In this document: positions 59,496-64,000 of the stretch, piece after piece
Layout: the number at the start of each line of letters is the position of its first letter
Numbering within the stretch: the stretch's first letter is position 1
Position numbers and translations under genes: made by a program
DNA from: Paraphysomonas bandaiensis
Taxonomy: Eukaryota; Protista; Chrysophyceae
Direction: 5' to 3'
Length of the DNA stretch: 64,000 nt
Assembly: GCA_965644295.1 (NCBI GenBank)
Contig: CBFFRP010000406.1
Coordinates: 378,275 to 442,274 of the forward strand
The notes under the pieces: model-generated
What the model was told of the DNA's origin: nothing
Seen by the model: the letters and a program-made list of their open reading frames with translations, nothing else
The model's database searches: none

Positions 59496-62400
59496 AGTGT
59501 GACTCACCTGGAAGTGATTGTCAAGTGAAAGATATCGTCGAGGAGATTGATTACACCAAGATTCCCCCTCAGGCTTTTCTTGAGCGCCTCAGTCGTCGAG
59601 GACAGTTGTTAACTGAAATACGAAATGCGTATCTTCGTGATGTGATTGCACTTAAGCATTTACTGGAAGAGCTGCTCACTGGCGACGAAAGGGCATCCAT
59701 ATTAAACCAGTGGAAGAGCAGCGTTCCAAGCTTAGATCTTCGCCAGCATTTTATGCTGTACTCCCCGGGTGAGACGTCTATGGATGTTCTCCCTTGTAAT
59801 ACATGTGGAGGAAGTGTTGAAGTTGTGCATCATGACAGCTCTGAAATCGAGGAACTGTCGAAGGCACTCTCACACATAGACAAGAACAAGGAGGAGTTAC
59901 GAGTGATCATCGCCACCAAAAACAACCAGCTTGAATTCGCAGAAAGACAATTAGAAGAGTTTAAAGTAAAATACAAAGACGAGGTGTGCCGTGTGTTTTA
60001 ACACTTGTGTAATTCTGAAATATATATCACAGAAACGAGTACTCTATAATCAAATGAAGGAGCTTCGAGCAGAGAGTGCATCTCTGATCAGTCAAAACGA
60101 GCACCTGCAGTCCATGAATCAGACTCTTCGAGCGGAAAACATTGAATTTAAGCTAGTCACCAAAGACACGGCTGTTCTTCGAGATGTGCTGGTGAAAACA
60201 GAGACGGAAAATAATACTCTCAAAGTGGAACTACAGCAGGTCGAGGAGTCACTCATAGATGCACGAAAGCAAATTCGACTACAAGCTGACAAAATCAATA
60301 ACCTGGTATATAGTAGTTTCGTTTACACCACAGTAATTAACTGGTATAATTTCTAAACTTACGCAGGCAGAAAGCTGCAGCTCTCTGTCGAATCAAGTGG
60401 CTGAATTGACCCCTGAGTTGGAGCTTGCGAGGGAGTTGACTCTCAAGCACAAGGAGAGTTCGGATTCCTTTCAGAAAAGGAATGCGAAGCTTCAATTTCT
60501 ACTAGAATCATCTCGGCGCGAAGTGGAGAGTCTGCAGGTAACTACAGTGGTATTTATTGTAACCATGACTGATTATGGCGCACAACCTTGCAGGGAATGA
60601 AAAGCAGTATAGAGATGGACTATCAGTCTCTTCAGGAGCAGACTACTTCTGAGATGGACTCTCTTGAGAGCATGGTTGATACACTTAGGGAAGAACGAGA
60701 GGTGATATGGAAGTCGTAACTAATATATATAAAAGTTTTTGCTGGAACACAGGTGCTCAACACATCTCTTACGGAAACCAGGGACTTCTTGACAAATACC
60801 ATCCAGGAGAAAGAGCATCTCGAGCAGGAAGTAAGTACACTGCGTACAACATGCGATAATTTTCGCGGGGAAGTTTCTCGGGCCAAGCAACAAGCTACCC
60901 AGCTGTCAGACTGCCGTACAAAGATTGAACAACTTACTTCTAAACTCGAAACGGCAACAACTAATGCGAACAAGCATCAGCAACGGGCACACATAGCTGA
61001 AGAAAAAAATCTCCAGCTAGAGCAGGATCTAATAGCTACAAAGGAGGCACTTAAAGCAGCAGAAGAAGCATTAGAGAAAGAGAGAGAGAAGAATACTCAA
61101 TCACAAACCCAGATAGCTGATCCTGGAAGGAATCTTAAAGCCACTACTCTTCGCAGGGCCAGTGTGAAAGTTAGAGCAGCCGCCAGTACGCGGTTGAGAA
61201 GTATGCGAGCTCCAATAAAGAATGGAGAACTTGTTGCGGGTGATTCTCAGTCAGACACGGCTACAGAGAGTAAGATTGAGTCGATTACCAATGTTGAGAA
61301 CGAGATTACTACTGACGTAGAAGCTCCAGAAGTGACTAAAATCCATGAGCCGGTATCGAAATCGAGACGCGCTTCGAGAAATCATCCGCAGGCAGAAGTC
61401 ACTCAAGATAGTACAGAAAGCAATGGTGCTACAACAGAGAAAGTTGAATTGGTAAACACTGTAAAATATAAACCAGTGAATAAGAAACGCGGTAAGGCGA
61501 AATCGTCCACGCCGTCTTCAACTCGCCACAAGGCTTTGAATAATTCTGCAGCGAAGAGAGAGAAATCCAGTAAGGCCATTGCAGAGCGAAACGACCCATA
61601 TTCTACTGCTGCTGTTGCAGACAGTTTTACTCCACCTTCGGGTGAAGTGCAAGGAGGTGATCATGATGGTACAGATACTGCTTCTGTTCGTGAAGTGATG
61701 GAGATGGAACTCTGCTCACCTGCAGTTAACCAAGACATAATGAAGGAGGCAAGAATATCAGATCAATTCAGTGAGAGCGAAAATATGTCTCTTCATTCTG
61801 AATCTGAGAGTTCAGCAAGTGAATACGCTAGCGAAAGCTCTGAAGCCGAATCAAGTGATGTGCTTGATGAACTTTCACCAAGAGAGAGCAAGTGGTCCCT
61901 CCTGAAAACGATAGCGAGTTCCAAACGACTCACACGTTTAGCGACACTAAGCGAAGACGACCAAACACCAATGGATGATCCTAAAGTTGTGCTGTCGAAA
62001 ACAGCTTCCAAGTTATGCAAAGATGCGAGTCTTGCAGAGGCAGTGGGGATGGACACCAGTACACTTGAATCTTTGAAGGTGCTATCCGGAAAAGATATGG
62101 CGAATGACACAGAGTCTAGTGATAGCGAATGTTCTGATGATGAAGAAGATGAACTTGAATCTGAAATGTCTGCAGAAATAGCCAAAACATGGGGCTTATT
62201 TACGAAAGCTATAAGGGACACACTTGCAGAGAACTTAGAAGAAGAGTTGGTGACAACAGTGCTACATGTGCTGGCGCCAACCACAATAGAATTTTCTTCG
62301 TTAATGGCAAAGTGCACTATGGTAGGGGTGATTATGCTTTTTATTGTATTTTATGATCATTGTGGTCAACTCAGGGATTGTGGAGAGCAATGAAGATTTC

Positions 62401-64000
62401 AAAAAAAAGCTCTGATTTGTACTGTAAGCTAGGGAAGATGTACGACATAGTGAAGCCGTGCCTTGGGGGTAGGGCTGATCTTGACGATGTCGAGGATGTA
62501 AGCTGATATTTAAAAATAATTGATGTATTAGTAAAATGATATTAACAGGCTAAGGCGATGTTAAAAAATAGACAGAAATTAGAAGCTAAGAAAGAAGACT
62601 GGATGATGCCGTACAAGATGAACAAGGAACTGATACATGCGCTGAACTCTCAGGTGTTTGATGAATGTACGTCCAAGCACACAGAGTCGATGCCTGCGCA
62701 TTATTTCGGATTTGACCCTGCCGTTCGACCTGTAAGTTTTACTCTTTTTGGAAGTAACATGATAACAAAATTTCGTAGTTTAAATTTGAAGTAGCGTTAG
62801 CAACTATATGCCAGTTCAAAGACTATAGTGATGTAATGATTGACGAAGTCGATAAATGCTTGTATCGACTTTTTATGGACTGGGTAGATAGTAAAGTTAT
62901 TGCTACACAGACCGAGGACATGGAATCTTCATCAACTGAAGTTAGGATTGCGAATCTACAAAACCGCTTGACAGCTGCTGAAAGAGATGCTTATGACGCG
63001 TCGTGCGAATTGGAAGAAGCCAAGCAAAAGATGGAAGAAATGTCTACAGCTGTCAAGAGAGCAACAGAATACAAGGAGCGCAATGTATACTTAGGAGCTA
63101 CACTGAAAGATACCACTAAGTCTCTAGAAGAATTGACAGAGAAACACAACAAGTTACTCGACGATTGGAAGGCTCTAAAGGTATTTGCTCAAGATCAACA
63201 ATAAGTATTAATAGAATGACTGTGTACACAAAGGGAAACCACGAGAAGTTATGTGAAAAGCTGGCCCGCGTGTCAAGCTTGAACGATAGTAGAGGCAAAA
63301 AGCTTGAAGAGTTGGAAGCGTCATTGACACGAGAGAAAGAGATGCATTCCACAGCAGCGGAAGGTCTCGCTGAGTTGAAGGAAAGCGAGAGGGCCCGCCT
63401 CAATGACCTCGAGACTAAAACAACACAGTGTTATCCGATTAGCGATGATGTAGCCACTCAGACTGATTTTATCGTCCCGGCGGTAATTCAGAACACTTCG
63501 TATTTCAACCACAAATGATTTGTATTTTCAGCTATCTCTACGACATCGGAGCTCCACTGATATTTCTCGTAATATCGGTGCATCGAATAAAAAGGTGTTT
63601 TTTCCTGTGGTGACTCCTGGATCAGCGGGTGGTTCTGCATCATTGAGTGAGGATTTCCCTGAAGGGTCTTTGTCGCTTGATATCACGGATGCAACAATAA
63701 CAAGTTGGAGTGCAATTGACTACACCGATTTTGATGATAGGTAGGCGATGGTATATGTGATGGTATACCGAATGTATAACCTTGTAAGGCACAGTGCGAG
63801 TGGGTTCGAGTCTCCTAGGGAGGACAAGGAAGCGGCGGTTACAATGCTTCCGAGTGTTCGAGTACGGGGATCGAGAAGTAATGACGCGCTCTTCAGATCG
63901 CAGTGGACAGGCTCTCCGACTGGTGTTCCGGTCCAGCATTCTTCTCCGATTAAAAACAGAAGTCCCAATTCTCCGATTAAAAACAACAGCCCCAATTCTC
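59496..64000 (+). repeat. Near-identical copy of 48337-52841 (offset 11,159 bp), a 5'-truncated duplicate of the coiled-coil gene running off the window
   Basis: The ORF track repeats at +11,159. Two differences seen: ATG>ATA (M>I, 48719 vs 59878) and AAG>CAG (K>Q, 49075 vs 60234). The copy lacks the first 22 codons. Confidence 0.95.

Overview
Eukaryotic nuclear DNA with compact genes, short (mostly 50-120 bp) GT-AG introns and CTAAY-type branch points. The gene and transposon content suggests a flagellated stramenopile-type protist; this is inference, not a database result. Family assignments come from motifs read by eye and no searches were run. Host genes are: a secreted protein ending in a PLOD-type glycosyltransferase domain, a Golgi-type sulfotransferase, a kinesin-14-like protein, a SHIPPO/ODF3-like protein, RPN13, a SMARCAL1-like SNF2 helicase, a B-box/IQ/phosphatase-fold protein, a long coiled-coil protein (near-identically duplicated at an 11,159-bp offset), a Sec14/CRAL-TRIO protein and a pepsin-family protease. 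A transposon-rich island at about 22-37 kb holds an intronless Crinkler-type P-loop NTPase plus PD-(D/E)xK nuclease gene, an intact young Ty1/copia element inserted in a dead hAT transposase, a TIR element and a solo LTR. A decayed piggyBac sits inside a hAT MITE at 10.6-12.5 kb. Best leads: (1) an apparently circularly permuted, membrane-anchored pepsin whose DTGS catalytic segment comes after the DSGT segment; (2) a kinesin-14 pseudo-motor that has lost P-loop, switch I and switch II but keeps microtubule-binding motifs, reminiscent of Vik1/Cik1; (3) the NTPase-nuclease effector; (4) a copia family with TG...TA LTR ends, an ORF starting inside the LTR and a DTC protease site.
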